Shown here: positions 12,713 to 25,524 of the stretch, piece by piece
Numbering within the stretch: position 1 is the stretch's first letter
Layout of the letters: the number at the start of each line of letters is the position of its first letter
Source of the DNA: Octopus sinensis
Lineage: Eukaryota
Direction: 5' to 3'
DNA: 64,000 nucleotides
Assembly: GCF_006345805.1 (NCBI RefSeq)
Contig: NC_043007.1
Span: 33,604,001 to 33,668,000, forward strand
Position numbers and translations under genes: made by a program
The notes under the pieces: model-generated
What the model saw: only the letters and a program-made list of their open reading frames with translations
Database searches by the model: none
Told to the model about the DNA's origin: nothing

Positions 12713-13523
12713 CATACATACATACATACATGCATACATACATACATACATTCATACATACATAGATACATACATACATACATACATACACTCACACATA
12801 CATACGTACGTACATACATACACACATTCATATATACATACATACATACATGCATGCATACATACATACATACATACATACATACACACACACACACCAC
12901 ACACACACACACACATATGTACATACATATGAGTGTGTGTATGTATCTGTGTCTGTGTGCATTGTATGTATATGTTTGTGTACGCATGTATATTATAAAA
13001 ATGAGAAATTGATATGTGAAGCTGAGAGATGTGAATGGAAAAGTATAACAAGAAGAACATGAAGACAGCAATAACTTGCTACTACTGCTGCCACTGCTGC
13101 TGCTATCAGCAACAACAATAAAGGTTTCTGATTTAGGCACAAGGCCATCAATTTTGAGGTGAGAGGATTAGTGGATACCATCGACCCCAGTGCTTGAGAG
13201 GTACTTTATTTTATCGATTCAGAAAGGATGAGAGGCAGCAAATAATAATAACGATAATAATAACAATAGGGATGACAATAATCATGATGATGATGATGAT
13301 GATGATGATTATAATTTGTAACATTGGTACAAGAAGAAATTCGGAGGGGGGCGGTGCAAGTTGGTGGGGTGGGGGAGTATTATCGATTAGATTGATCTTA
13401 GTACTTGACTGGTACTTTATTTTATTGACTCCAGAAGGATGAAAGTAAAGTCGACCTTGGAAAGATTTAATAATAATTAAAATAATAATTCCATTTAGAT
13501 ATAGAATCATGCGAAGAATTGGT

Positions 13524-13558
<35 letters not shown>

Positions 13559-13841
13559 GAAAGAGACAGACAGAGACAGAGAGAGAGAGAGAAAGAGAGA
13601 GAAAACAGGGGATAGAGACAGCGTGAGAAACTTCTATGTTTGTGTGGCTGTGTGTGTGTATGCGTTTGTTCATGTGTGTCTGAAAAAGAATTAAAAGGAG
13701 ACAGAAAAAGAGAGATTGAGAGAAAGAGACAATAGATATGTATGTGTGTGTGTATGCGTGTGCATGTGTGTGTGTGTGTATGTATATATATATATATACA
13801 TATATAATATATGTATGTGTATATATATAGATATATATATG

Positions 13842-13875
<34 letters not shown>

Positions 13876-14274
13876 TATAATATATATATATATTATATAT
13901 ATATATATATATATGGGGTTGAGTGCTAGCAGAAACTGAATGAGAGGAAGAAGGGAAAGAGAGAGAGAGAGAGAGAAAGAATGAAGGAGGAAATGCAGCA
14001 ACTAGAATGGTTAAAAAAACAACTCACAACTGCTAAGAGATAAACTGCATGACTATTGATTATTTCTTGTTACCAAAGAAAATTTGAAATATAAATAACA
14101 GAAAAAAAAAAGTAAAACGAATAAATGAATAATAAAATAAAGTAAATAAAACAATAAAGATAGCAAAATATTAAAGATATGACAAAAAAAAAATCCAAAA
14201 ATAAAATATCGAATGAACACACAAAAACACCGACCCACCCACACGCAGACATACAGACATAGATGCATACATAT

Positions 14275-14307
<33 letters not shown>

Positions 14308-14552
14308 CACACACATACATGTATATATATATATAAATAGATACACACACGCGTGCACACGCATGCATACACACACACACGTACACATATACACAGACAA
14401 GCACAGATAAATATATGCAAACATATAATATTCAGACATGTGTCTGTATGCAAACACAAGCATATACTATCACATATATATATTTACATGAGTGTATATG
14501 CATATATACATATATCTGTAAATATATGTTTATATGTATGTATGTGTGTGTA

Positions 14553-14590
<38 letters not shown>

Positions 14591-15340
14591 TGTGTGTTTG
14601 TACACATACATATATATAAAAACATATATGCATATATATATGTGTGTGTGCATGTATATGTATGTATGTGCTGACACACAACTGTTCATCAGTAGAGAAT
14701 ATGGTTTCTGTTGACGAAAAAAATTCTAAGAAGATTACTAAATATGGATTAGTTCTATAGAATTCTGAAATTATCAGGTTTGTAGGTTATGAAAAGGTAA
14801 TCCGTTCAGCATATACACATGTAATCATATATGTGTGCGTGTATATGTATATATGTATGCGTTTATGTGTATAAGAGTGTGTCTGTCTAAGAATCATTAT
14901 AAACTTGGTTGAGTGGTTAAGAAGTTCATTCCAGAATCATAAGGTCTTGTGTTCAATCCCACCACATGCCATCTTATATAAATGTCTGTTTGCCTTGCTT
15001 TACATTGATCAAGTTTTGTGATTGAAACTGGATTGGAAGATTCTGTGAAATCATGTCAAAGATAGCTTGTACCAGTAATTCAAACATCCAGCCTTGTCAA
15101 TCTATGTCACACTGATTCTGCTGCCAGAGAATCATGTTAAGGGTACACATGCCTGAGAATACTCAGCCTATTTAAACGTTAATTTAATCCCAGTTGATTG
15201 AACAATGAGTACTTGATTATCGAAACTGTTTGTATGCATTTTTGTTCCATACATATAATCTGTCTGGATAACATATATACAGACATACACAAGATATACT
15301 CCCCATACAACATATAGCACTCACACATACATACTCTCAC

Positions 15341-15384
<44 letters not shown>

Positions 15385-15448
15385 TACACAGTTAATAAAA
15401 AAAGCATATATCAGAAAGAAGCACACTCTACAAATATGGAGCAGTAAT

Positions 15449-15553
15449 TATTACAAAATTTCATATAGGGTCACCCAAGGTTTACACAAGGTGGGTGTGA
15501 AACTTGTGGGTGTGAAACCTTAGGTAACCCTATATAAAAATTTTGTTGTAATA
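15449..15553. repeat. Imperfect inverted repeat between (TA)n tracts
   Basis: TATAGGGTCACCCAAGGTTTACAC ... GTGAAACCTTAGGTAACCCTATA. Confidence 0.7.
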
Positions 15554-15727
15554 TATACATATATATATATATACATACATACATGCATATATATAAATAT
15601 ATATATATAAGATATATATATAATATATATATAAGAATATATAATATATATATAATATAATATAATATATAGAATGCTATAATATATAATATATAAGAAT
15701 ATTATATATATATATTATATATAATAG

Positions 15728-15769
<42 letters not shown>

Positions 15770-15826
15770 GTATATTCTTATATATTATTTTTCAGTCAGT
15801 CCTAAGGCTGTGGCCATGCTGTGGCA

Positions 15827-16008
15827 CCCGTGTACAGACAATTGTCGACAGACAATTCGCTGACACAATATTTTTTTAATAAATAAATTGTTTTTATTAG
15901 TAATTCTTACTGATTTAAAAAAATGTCGAGATTATCCTTTTGGCAAATTGTCCTGTCTGTAAGTTGTCTGTTGGCCAAATGTTTGTCAATGAACTGTCCA
16001 TCTACCGG
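15827..16008. mobile_element. Small foldback/MITE-like element with short subterminal repeats
   Basis: CCCG...CGGG ends; repeated (CA)GACAATT on the left versus AATTGTCC/AGTTGTCTG/AACTGTCC on the right; GGCAC occurs at both junctions. Confidence 0.45.
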
Positions 16009-16009
16009 G

Positions 16010-16262
16010 GCACGACAAGCATAATCACCTTTGCAATGGCCAATTGTATATGATTGGCTTTTGGTAAAAGAGTGAGTTCGATACTGCTGCCTTCTTTGGA
16101 GTCTCTTGCCTTGATATTGGTTTTTTCAGGATCTTGGATAGCAAGCAGTCGTTTCTTTAAAATATCTATCCCCACTCCACGAAGATCCTTCAGATGTTTT
16201 GGCAAGGCATTAAATAGCCATGGACCCTTGAATCCCAAGCTATTGCAGTACATGGTACTCAC
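16010..16262 (-). pseudogene. 3' end of a CR1/L2-group LINE ORF2
   Basis: YCNSLGFKGPWLFNALPKHLKDLRGVGIDILKKRL matches the typical C-terminal S..F.GP.LFN.LP..L+.....FK..L motif. Confidence 0.7.
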
Positions 16263-16364
16263 TCTATATTATATGTATATATATTATATGTGTGCATGCA
16301 TGTGTGTGTGTGTGTGCATGTGTGTGTGTGTGTGTGTGTATGTGTGTGTGTGTGTGTGTGTGTG

Positions 16365-16745
16365 TTTTACTCCTTTACCCTTCTACTTGTATCAGTTGTT
16401 CATTGTGGCCATGCTAGGACACCACCTTTAGTTGAACAAACTGAGCCCAGTACTTATTCTTTGTAAGCCTAGTATTTAATCTATTGATCACTTTTGCCGA
16501 GCAGCTTAGTTACAGGGATGTAAAATACTAACATCGATTGTCAAGCAAAGATGGGGGGCCAAACACACACACACACACACATATATGACAGGCTTCTTTC
16601 AGTTTCCATTTACCAAATCCCTCACAAGGCTTTGGTCGGCCCATGCTATAGTAGAATACACTTACCCAAGATGCCATACAGTAGGACTGAACCCGGAATT
16701 GTGTGGTTGGGAAGCAAACTTATTACCACACAGCCATGCCTGCAC
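16365..16745 (-). mobile_element. SINE family A, diverged
   Basis: Head, CORE-like region and tail are recognisable. Confidence 0.8.
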
Positions 16746-16786
16746 CTATATATATATTATATACATACATACATACATATACATAC

Positions 16787-16850
<64 letters not shown>

Positions 16851-17378
16851 GCGTGTGTACATATATAAAAATATGGATGTATGTATACATAAATATTATA
16901 TACACCCACGTGTGTGTGGGTGTTTGCATGTCTATCATCACCTATATAAGATTATGTGTCGACATAGTTTTACGTTAGTTCTTTTCTTTTCTGTATTTTG
17001 CACAGATCCTTTTCAGTATAATCTTTCATAATTTGTTATGGTTCTTAGTCATCTCTTGAATTTCAACCACTTTTGGTTGCTCTTTGTTGTTTCTTCCCGT
17101 GGTCTCCTTCAACAGATTACTTCCACATGAATCACTTAGTACATCTTTACCCAACTATCATCATTCATATGCAAGACACATGTCTGGAGCAGCACTGTCT
17201 CCTCTCTTGCATTTGATCTTGGTTTTCTTTTTTTTTTTCTTTCACAGAACACTTGTGCTTTGTCATTGAAGCATACTATCATTACGCATCCAGCAGAGCA
17301 TGCTTACTTCATTTATTCCTATCTGCACATTCTCTCTATTCAAGTACCCATGCTTCACTAGCATGGGTACTAGAAACT

Positions 17379-17608
17379 TATTTCTTTACTACCCACTAGG
17401 GGCTAAACACAGAGGGGACAAACAAGGACAGACAAACGGATTAAGACGATTACATCAACCCCAGTGCAAACTGGTACTTAATTTATCGACCCCGAAAGGA
17501 TGAAAGGAAAAGTCGACCGCGGCGGAATTTGAACTCAGAACGTAACGGCAGATGAAATACGGCTACGCATTTCGCCCAGCGTGCTAACGCTTCTGCCAGC
17601 TCACCGCC
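17379..17608 (-). mobile_element. SINE family B, young copy
   Basis: Near-consensus sequence. GGTACTAGAAACT is duplicated at 17366-17378 and 17620-17632 (probable TSD). Confidence 0.9.
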
Positions 17609-17736
17609 AATACTAGAATGGTACTAGAAACTGAACCCAGAACCATGTAGTTCGGAAGCAAGTTTCTTACCTCACGTCCACGCCCATGCCTGTACATGTT
17701 TGCTTGTGATTACATTGGCGCCTAAAACAAATATTC

Positions 17737-18468
17737 AAAGCATGGTATGGACAACCGAATAGTAAAAGCATGGTATGAATAAACAAATAATAAAAGAATG
17801 ATATGGATAACGGAATAGTAAAAGAATGGTATGGACAACCGAATAGTAAAGGTATGATATGAATAAGCAAATAGTATTGGGTTGTCCGGAAAGTTCATGC
17901 CAATTTATAGTAGCTTACATTTCGACTTATTTTAGAACATGGTTGAGTCCATAAAATAGAATTTGACTACACCTCCATTTAGAGCACAGTTTAAGCTATC
18001 TTTTCATGGAAGAAGGTTTATGTTCCTATAATCTGTGTTAATTCTGTAACCCTTTAAAATGGAAGATAAGAAAGTTCATTTTCAGCACTTGATGCTCTGG
18101 GAACCAGACAAAAATTGCTGCAGCTCGGCTGGGATGTGTTACCCCACCCTCCATATTCACCAGATATTGCTCCTTCGAATTTCCACTTATTCAGGTCGCT
18201 GCAGAATAGTCTTAATGGTAAAAATTTCAATTCCTTGGATGATGTAAAAAGATACCTTGATGAATTCCTTGCCATGAAACCACCTCAATTCTGAGAAGAG
18301 GGTATTTTCAAGTTAAAGGAAAGATGGAGATGCATTGTGCAACAAAATGGTTCATATTTGGTTGATTAAAAATGTAATGGCAAGTATTTACTGACCTTTT
18401 TCTTTCCTTTAAAAATCGGCATGAACTTTCCGGACAACCCAATAAAAGCATGGTATGAACAACCAAGT
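17737..18468. repeat. 28-bp minisatellite (5 units, plus a 6th after the mariner)
   Basis: Unit AAAGCATGGTATGGACAACCGAATAGTA starts at 17737, 17765, 17793, 17821 and 17849, and resumes at 18445. Confidence 0.85.
17877..18442 (+). mobile_element. Internally deleted mariner transposon (non-autonomous)
   Basis: TA TSDs at 17875-76 and 18443-44; ~30-bp TIR TTGGGTTGTCCGGAAAGTTCATGCC(A/G)ATTT. N-terminal MEDKKVHFQHLMLW joins out of frame to the C-terminal LGWDVLPHPPYSPDIAPSNFHLFRSLQNSLNG...F*EEGIFKLKERWRCIVQQNGSYLVD. Confidence 0.95.
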
Positions 18469-18499
18469 GGCACATGATCGCAAGTGACATCTAAGCAGT

Positions 18500-19100
18500 T
18501 TCTTTTTCTGTTCCTTCGTTTTTTTATCACATATCACAGAATTTTCAATTCTTTTATAGTGAGAAACACTTTGCTACCAGCAATGTTAATAGATCCCTGA
18601 ACATTTTACACCCTATTCATATTCTGGTTATTAAGTTTCAGAACATCACCACACAACTGCTGATTTTGGTCACCTAGGTAACAGAAGACTGTCAAGTATT
18701 TCTAGGGAGCCTTGTAGGAATTTAAAAGAACTACACACCAATAGTTCTCCTACTGCTAATTACTCTTGTGCATCTGCTACAGATAAAAGCTTTCTTTTCT
18801 ATCAGCCTGCCTGTGATGCTGCTTCACTTCATAGTATACATTGCACCCATAATTTAACACAGTGCACTCATACTTATACTGGGTGCATGGTAGAGAGTTC
18901 TACTTACACCCTTCTTCTGCATATTGAGCATAACCAACTCTCTCAGTAGAGTCTTGTCCTTTACCTTTTTATTTTTTTTATTCCTTCTAAGATTTCTGTT
19001 TGCTTTGTTTATTTTGAAGCATATCGATTCTTGACATAGCTTCAAAATTTGGAATTTCTTCTCAAATTCTTTAACAAGTTCAGCCTTAAGAACCATACCC
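18500..19100 (-). pseudogene. Degenerate RTE-like LINE fragment
   Basis: Minus strand TTCTGTTACCTAGGTGA (FCYLG) at ~18670-18690 is identical to the 50.6 kb copy. Its decayed 3' part is probably at ~17020-17365. Boundaries are approximate. Confidence 0.5.
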
Positions 19101-19357
19101 AAACATATGCATGTTATGTACACATACACATACATATATACATACACCTATACATATGTACACACACATGGTTTGTGTTTGTATACACTACTCTCATATT
19201 ACCATTAATAGATATACATGCACATATACACAAACAAACCTTAGTACTGAGCCATGCAATTGTGTGTGAATATGTGAGTGTGTGTGTGTGTATATATATA
19301 TATGTATATGTATATATTTGTATGTATATGTTCGTATATGTAAGTATTCATATGTTG

Positions 19358-19389
<32 letters not shown>

Positions 19390-19414
19390 TTGTATTTATG
19401 TGCTATCTGCATAT

Positions 19415-19473
19415 ATTTCACTGATGAAGGCAAAGCATTTCATACACAGAGTCAGAAATCCAGGATCTGGAAT
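19415..19473 (+). ncRNA. Type I hammerhead ribozyme motif
   Basis: AUUUCA-CUGAUGA-aGGC..GUCa-GAA-AUCC-a-GGAU-C-UGGAAU: 6-bp stem I, intact core boxes, AUC cleavage triplet. About 25 bp from a (TA)n tract. Confidence 0.65.
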
Positions 19474-19848
19474 TATCCAGTCATTTTTGGTAGTTTATTT
19501 TGTATTTTTGTCTTCTCTTCTAGTGCTGTATGAACATTTAATGTGGTTTCAGAGTCAAGTTTTGGTTACTATTTCTGGTGAGGTGGGATCTCTTAGATAT
19601 CCTTAATCATAATTTTAATAATTAATTATTACCTTTGAGGTTTTTATTCCCATACTAGCCACCTGATAAGATCGGTATTTTAAATAACGATCTTATCCTT
19701 ATTTATATAAATATATATATATGTGTATATAATATATATATCTATATATATATATATATATGCATATGTATCAAATATATATGCTACAGATGCCATGTGC
19801 TTTATGGACTTGAGACCCTGGGTAATCCCATAGACCAGACTTTGTCTT

Positions 19849-19880
<32 letters not shown>

Positions 19881-20082
19881 CATACATACATCTACATGTG
19901 CATACACTAAAAGATACATAGATATATTTATATGTATGTATAAACATAATGACATAGCTCCATGTTGATATTTACCTACATGTACATGTATATATTTACG
20001 TCAGCGCTGTACATGAACATACAACTTTCTTTTTATGTATATGTCATCATATATCTCAAAGCACTTATGAGAATCCATAAAA

Positions 20083-20113
<31 letters not shown>

Positions 20114-20274
20114 GTATGTACGTATGTATATATATATATATATATGAAAATAGTAATACAATACGAGAGTATTGCTTTCCAGCAAAGGATAGCCCGTGAG
20201 GGTAAAATTATACATATAAAAGTAAATATTTACTTTTATATGTATATAATATCTATCTACAGCTATCTATTTAC

Positions 20275-20314
<40 letters not shown>

Positions 20315-20320
20315 ATATAT

Positions 20321-20357
<37 letters not shown>

Positions 20358-20410
20358 TATATATATATGTATAATATATGTATATATATGTATTATATTA
20401 TGTATATTAT

Positions 20411-20452
<42 letters not shown>

Positions 20453-21025
20453 GAATGGTAAGACAACAAAAATTGAAAGAGACCTTGATATTATGTAAAT
20501 ATAGGAATTTACAGATATATATATATATGTGTGTGTGTGTGGATGCCGAGGGATTACAGCTATTCACAAGAAGATACCCATTACAAATTGTTGTATCCTC
20601 TCTTGTACGTTGTAATGATAATGAAAAGAAAATAGGCATAGTCATGTAAAACAGACTAAGGTAGAGGGTGGTTAAGTGATAACTAGCTCAAGGAGAGTTT
20701 GTTGGAGAATAAAAATAAAAATCAGAAACAGCATGTTTGCGATCCAGGTGTTGTAGCATGTTGGTGGGTAAATCTGAATGTTTGGCAGTTCACCAAGTTA
20801 CACGCACATGCACACACACACACATACACACACACATACCCACAAACATACACGCATAATGTGAAGTTAAAAGACAGTGAAAATAGTCAACCAGTCAAAA
20901 CATAAACACAGAAAGAACACGGTGGGATAATTAAGATGTTAGTTTATGCATTTATACACACACACACACACACACACACGTGCATGTATCTATGTGTATA
21001 TATATATATATCATTATCATCCTCA

Positions 21026-21061
<36 letters not shown>

Positions 21062-21064
21062 CAC

Positions 21065-21095
<31 letters not shown>

Positions 21096-21268
21096 CAATA
21101 CAATAATATTATTTTCCAGAGAAATAAAGCACCATAAAGTTTATCGACTGCTGTTTCTAGCCTAGCCAAATTAGTTACCTCGTTGTGCCACTATTTTCTA
21201 TTTATATATATATATATATACACACCAATGTATAATAACTAGAAATAATAGCTTATATGCATTTATAC

Positions 21269-21302
<34 letters not shown>

Positions 21303-22105
21303 ATATAATATTTATATATATATATATATAATTAGAAGTTAAATTAGTCTCGTTAAGGGAGGGTATCATCCAATGATTTACTGGTTCAGTACCTAATATT
21401 TATATTTATTGGGAATAATGATATTCGTAATATAATAGGTTTGTATATAAATAAAGGTTTATAATCATTCAAATGAAAAATAAGAAAATGGAGATATAGC
21501 ATTTAATAAAAATTTCTTATCTGCAAATATCAAACACAGTCTCTTACAGCTGTTTCTATTTCCAGTCTGCTGTGATGATTCCATAACAATACATAAAAAA
21601 ACCTAAGGGTATATCTTATGTCTACCCCTCTGAAGAGAATTTTTGCCCCCGAAAATGATTTTGATAATATTTATTTATTCTTTATTGGACTTAACTGAAA
21701 CATTTCCATTTTCTTACTTTTTAAGTATCTATGTATGTATGTATGTATGTATGTATGTATGTATCTATCTATCGATCTATATATATATATATATAGAGAG
21801 AGAGAGATACCGTTACTTAGCGGTTTGGCAAAAGAGACCAATAAAATAGTACTCTTGGCTTACAAAAGAATAAGTCCCAGGGCCGAGTTGCTCGATTAAA
21901 GGCGGTGCTCCAGCTTGGCCGCAGTCAAATGACTGAAACAAGTAAAAGAGTATATATACATACACACACACACACACACATATATACACACACACATATT
22001 TACATATATATTCAAGTGAAATTAAGTGGTTAAGTTCGAGGTTTTTAGTTCCACTCTCTAGCAAGCTGATGCTTCAAGTACCCTCTAATATAGTAAAGAA
22101 TATAT

Positions 22106-22448
22106 GCTGCTAAGACCCTCTTCGGTCATGACTGACCATGGGATTGCATCTAGAAAGTTACCCTCCGAGGCAACAGTCCGGGCAAGGTTGCTTATGGAAG
22201 ACCAGCAGTCACCCATGAATAGTGGCCTCTGCTCTCCACGCCACCAGCGTTATTCAAGGGAAAGGCAAAGGCCAATACACCTTGGCACCTGTGATGTCGC
22301 AACTCATTTCTACAGCTGAGTGAACTGGAGCAACGTGAAATAAAGTGTCTTGCCTAAGAACACAACGTGCAACCCAGTCTAGAATTCAAACTCACAACCT
22401 CACGATCGTAAGTGCGGTATTCTAACCACTGAGCCATGCGCTTTCACA
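22106..22448 (-). mobile_element. SINE family C-related (tRNA head, CORE-like), tail variant 3
   Basis: Minus-strand head GCGCATGGCTCAGTGGTTAGA..GTTTGAATTC; TSD AAGAATATAT; tail matches the fragment at 1680-1820. Confidence 0.8.
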
Positions 22449-22479
22449 AGAATATATATATATATGTTAGTCGCCATGA

Positions 22480-22642
22480 TAGATCGTTAGCCACTACACA
22501 CATTTTTTTTCTCTCCTTGTTTTTTTTTTATGTGTCCCTTTCTGTAGAAGAGCATAGGCTTGAAATGTAAAAGGCTTTTTCTATTCCTGAGCGTTATACT
22601 AATACATCTGTCTTCGTCTTTTGTTTTTTCATAAACTGTCCC

Positions 22643-22645
<3 letters not shown>
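22480..22645 (+). mobile_element. Family P: short (TA)n-terminated repeat with a hammerhead-like motif
   Basis: CTTTCTGTAGAAGAGCATAGGCTTGAAATGTAAAAG..GTCTTCGTCTTTTGTTTTTT..CCTATATA. Other copies at 51670, 55170, 10495(-) and 62830(-). Confidence 0.7.
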
Positions 22646-22696
<51 letters not shown>

Positions 22697-22698
<2 letters not shown>

Positions 22699-22963
22699 TC
22701 ATCATCATCATCATCGTTTAGTGACCGCTTTCCATGCTAGCATGGGTTGGATGGTTTAACTGGGGTCTGGGAAGCCAGAAGGCTGCACCAGGCCCAGTTT
22801 GATTTGGCAATGTTTCTATGGCTGGATGCCCTTCCTAACGCCAACCACTCCGAGAGTGTAGTGGGTACTTTTTATGTGCCACCGGCACAGGTGCCAGACG
22901 AGGCTGGCAAATGGCCACGATCGGAAGGTGCCTTTTATGTGCCAACGGCACTGGTATCACAGC
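22697..22963 (-). mobile_element. SINE-like family D
   Basis: (CAT)n tail, then CCATGCTAGCATGGGTTGG..CTGGATGCCCTTCCTAACGCCAACCACTCC. Confidence 0.88.
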
Positions 22964-23675
22964 TATATATATATATATATATATATATGCATGCATGTAT
23001 GTATGTATGCATGTATTTGGCTTATATAGACACAGACATACATAACACAGATATTTTGTACATAACATTTGAAATACCATGCTAGCCTGTTGCATGTCAG
23101 TACAGGTGAGTAGTTGATTGAAATTGACTTCCCCACTATTTGGTTGATGCTCTATTTTATTAGACGCAAAAGGACAAACAGCTAAGTTGACCTTAGTGTA
23201 ATTTGAATCCAGAACAAAATGTGACAGAACAAATACTGCAAGGCATATTGTCCATCATTCTCAAGATTCTGTCAATTTTTCATCATGTTTGATTGAAATA
23301 AATAAATAAAGATATATAGATATAAATATATAGATAAAAAATAATTTCTCAGTCAATAAGCTTCTAGTGTCTGCTGTAATTTTATTGTGATGTATAAAAT
23401 ATGGTTTACCACAAAAGTTAGAGATCAACTATTAGAGGTTATTCTTTAAAATGTTCCAATATCTACCATTGTCATATTCCTATGTCCTTTGGGCAAACAT
23501 TTTAAAGAACTTTTGTCACAATGGAAGACAAGACAGCTGTAACACAATGTCTGTCTAAACACTTCTGTATGTTGACCGTATAGACTTGGGAGTAGACAAT
23601 ATCTATCGCTATTCAGCATCATGGTTTTATACAAAATTCTAAATGCCTTGCAATTATGCATTGTTAGTTTGTGTG

Positions 23676-23706
<31 letters not shown>

Positions 23707-23971
23707 TGGGTATGTTTTTGGTGGAGGAAGGTGTTGGCTTGCTTGTGGACACACACACACACACACATACATGTATGCACACATGCATGCATGCAAAGAA
23801 ACACCTCTACATATTTTTCTGTTTATACATATAAACACATATCATACACACACTCTTTTTGTAATATATATATATATACACTCACACACACATATATACA
23901 TATATATAACACACACACACACATGCACATATATATACACATATACATACATACATACATACATACATACT

Positions 23972-24021
<50 letters not shown>

Positions 24022-24114
24022 TAGTAATAGTATGATAACAAAGAATGAATGAGACCTTCATATTATGTAGAGAAATTTATCTGTAGTATAATTGTGACAA
24101 TTATTCGGTTGCCA

Positions 24115-24175
24115 TAATAAAACTCCAAGTTTTGGATGTTGGGGCGGAAATCTGCTCCAGTATCGTCAGTTATTA
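24115..24175 (-). ncRNA. Type I hammerhead ribozyme motif (GAAA>AAAA, CpG-type decay)
   Basis: Minus strand: UAAUAA-CUGACGA-[uacuGGAGCAG-auuu-CCGCCCCaacaucc]-aAA-ACUU-g-GAGU-U-UUAUUA, with a 6-bp stem I. Confidence 0.6.
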
Positions 24176-24542
24176 AGACCAACAAAAATGCTATGAAAAA
24201 GATTGTTTGGGAGGAACTTGGTTCAAGTCACAGCTTTTACAGTGTTCCCAGGGCATTGAGCAGCAGTCATTATTATGTCAGCATTTTGACACCTAGTGCA
24301 AAATCATCATGATACAGGTTAACTCTTTTCCAATATTCAGATGGCTTTTTGCCCTCTGTGTCAGCTAACTTTTTTCTCAACTGCAACATTAATCGTTATG
24401 GCCCCAGTGCTATTGGCTGATCATCAATACATTTAAGCTGTTCTTGAAAATCAGAGACAAAAAATCCTCAAATTTAGCCTGAAACATCCTGTACATATAT
24501 ATATATATAGGTGAGAAAGTTGGTGTGAAAGCACGTGGTTGA

Positions 24543-24770
24543 ATATATAGAAAATAGTAAAAAGTGAAAAAACTACAGAAGGCTTGTTTTAAAAGGTTAA
24601 AAAATATATATTTGAGTCAATATGTCCGAAGAATGTTATAAATTTTTTTCATGTCATTGTATGAAAAAAATGTATAACATTCTTCAGATATATTGACTCA
24701 AATATATATTTTTTAACCTTTTAAAACAAGCCTTCTGTAGTTTTTTCACTTTTTACTATTTTCTATATAT
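24543..24770. repeat. Near-perfect palindrome (~110-bp arms) between (TA)n tracts
   Basis: AGAAAATAGTAAAAAGTGAAAAAACTACAGAAGGCTTG ... CAAGCCTTCTGTAGTTTTTTCACTTTTTACTATTTTCT, with few mismatches. Confidence 0.92.
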
Positions 24771-25524
24771 ATATATATATATATATATACCTTCAAAATT
24801 GGTTGTCAGAGAATTTGTATGATTTCCCCAGCCCTAATCTTGTGTGTGTGTGTGTATGATGGATTATCTTGCCATGAATGACAAATGAGGGTTCAGTAAA
24901 ATAAAGCATTAATCATGTTCTATGGACATAAATGTGCCTCTTGAGGCCTGCTGGTGCCTTGCAAACCTTTTGGCAAATGAACAAGTTGAGGACTCAGTCT
25001 GCTCGAGTGCTTGTGGATCATTTACAATATGTTTCCTTGAGTGGACGGAAAGGCCTGTTTTGGTTCATGCCACAAAACCACAATGACATACATGTGTGTA
25101 TGCATGTGTGTGTGCATACACACACATACACACACACACACATGTACATACTGAAAGACCTATGATAAAGACTTTCCAGTCTTAACTGTTCTAATTGTCA
25201 GAAGCAGTGTACCATGGACTACATTTTCCAACACATCCATTCATTTTTAAGATGGTTGACAGCGAAATTTGAAGGAAATTTGGCTGCTATTTCTAGCAGG
25301 TTTAGCCCAATAATCAGGTAGAAGCTATCCCATTGATCTCACATAGTTATAGTAATTGTATTAGTAGTAGCTGTTGTTGTCCAGTGGGTCCTTCTTTTGT
25401 AGACTGTGGTATGATGATTTGACTCCTACTTCTACCAACTTGGATTAACTATGTAGAGGTTTCCTCAATGAACTCAGGTTGTTATAGTAATTGTATTAAT
25501 AAGTGTTGTAATAATCCAATATGT

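Noticed and set aside
14705-14785. TTGACGA...GAAA with a possible long stem II
   Set aside because: Stems I and III are unconvincing and the core is imperfect.
17737-17876. 28-bp repeats as a CRISPR array
   Set aside because: Units are contiguous with no spacers; eukaryotic context; no cas genes.
21628-21660. CTGAAGAG..CCGAAA hammerhead-like spacing
   Set aside because: No stem III/NUH or stem I pairing found.
23446-23625. Unique minus-strand reading frame MMLNSDRYCLLPSLYG...
   Set aside because: No recognisable homology or convincing splice boundaries.
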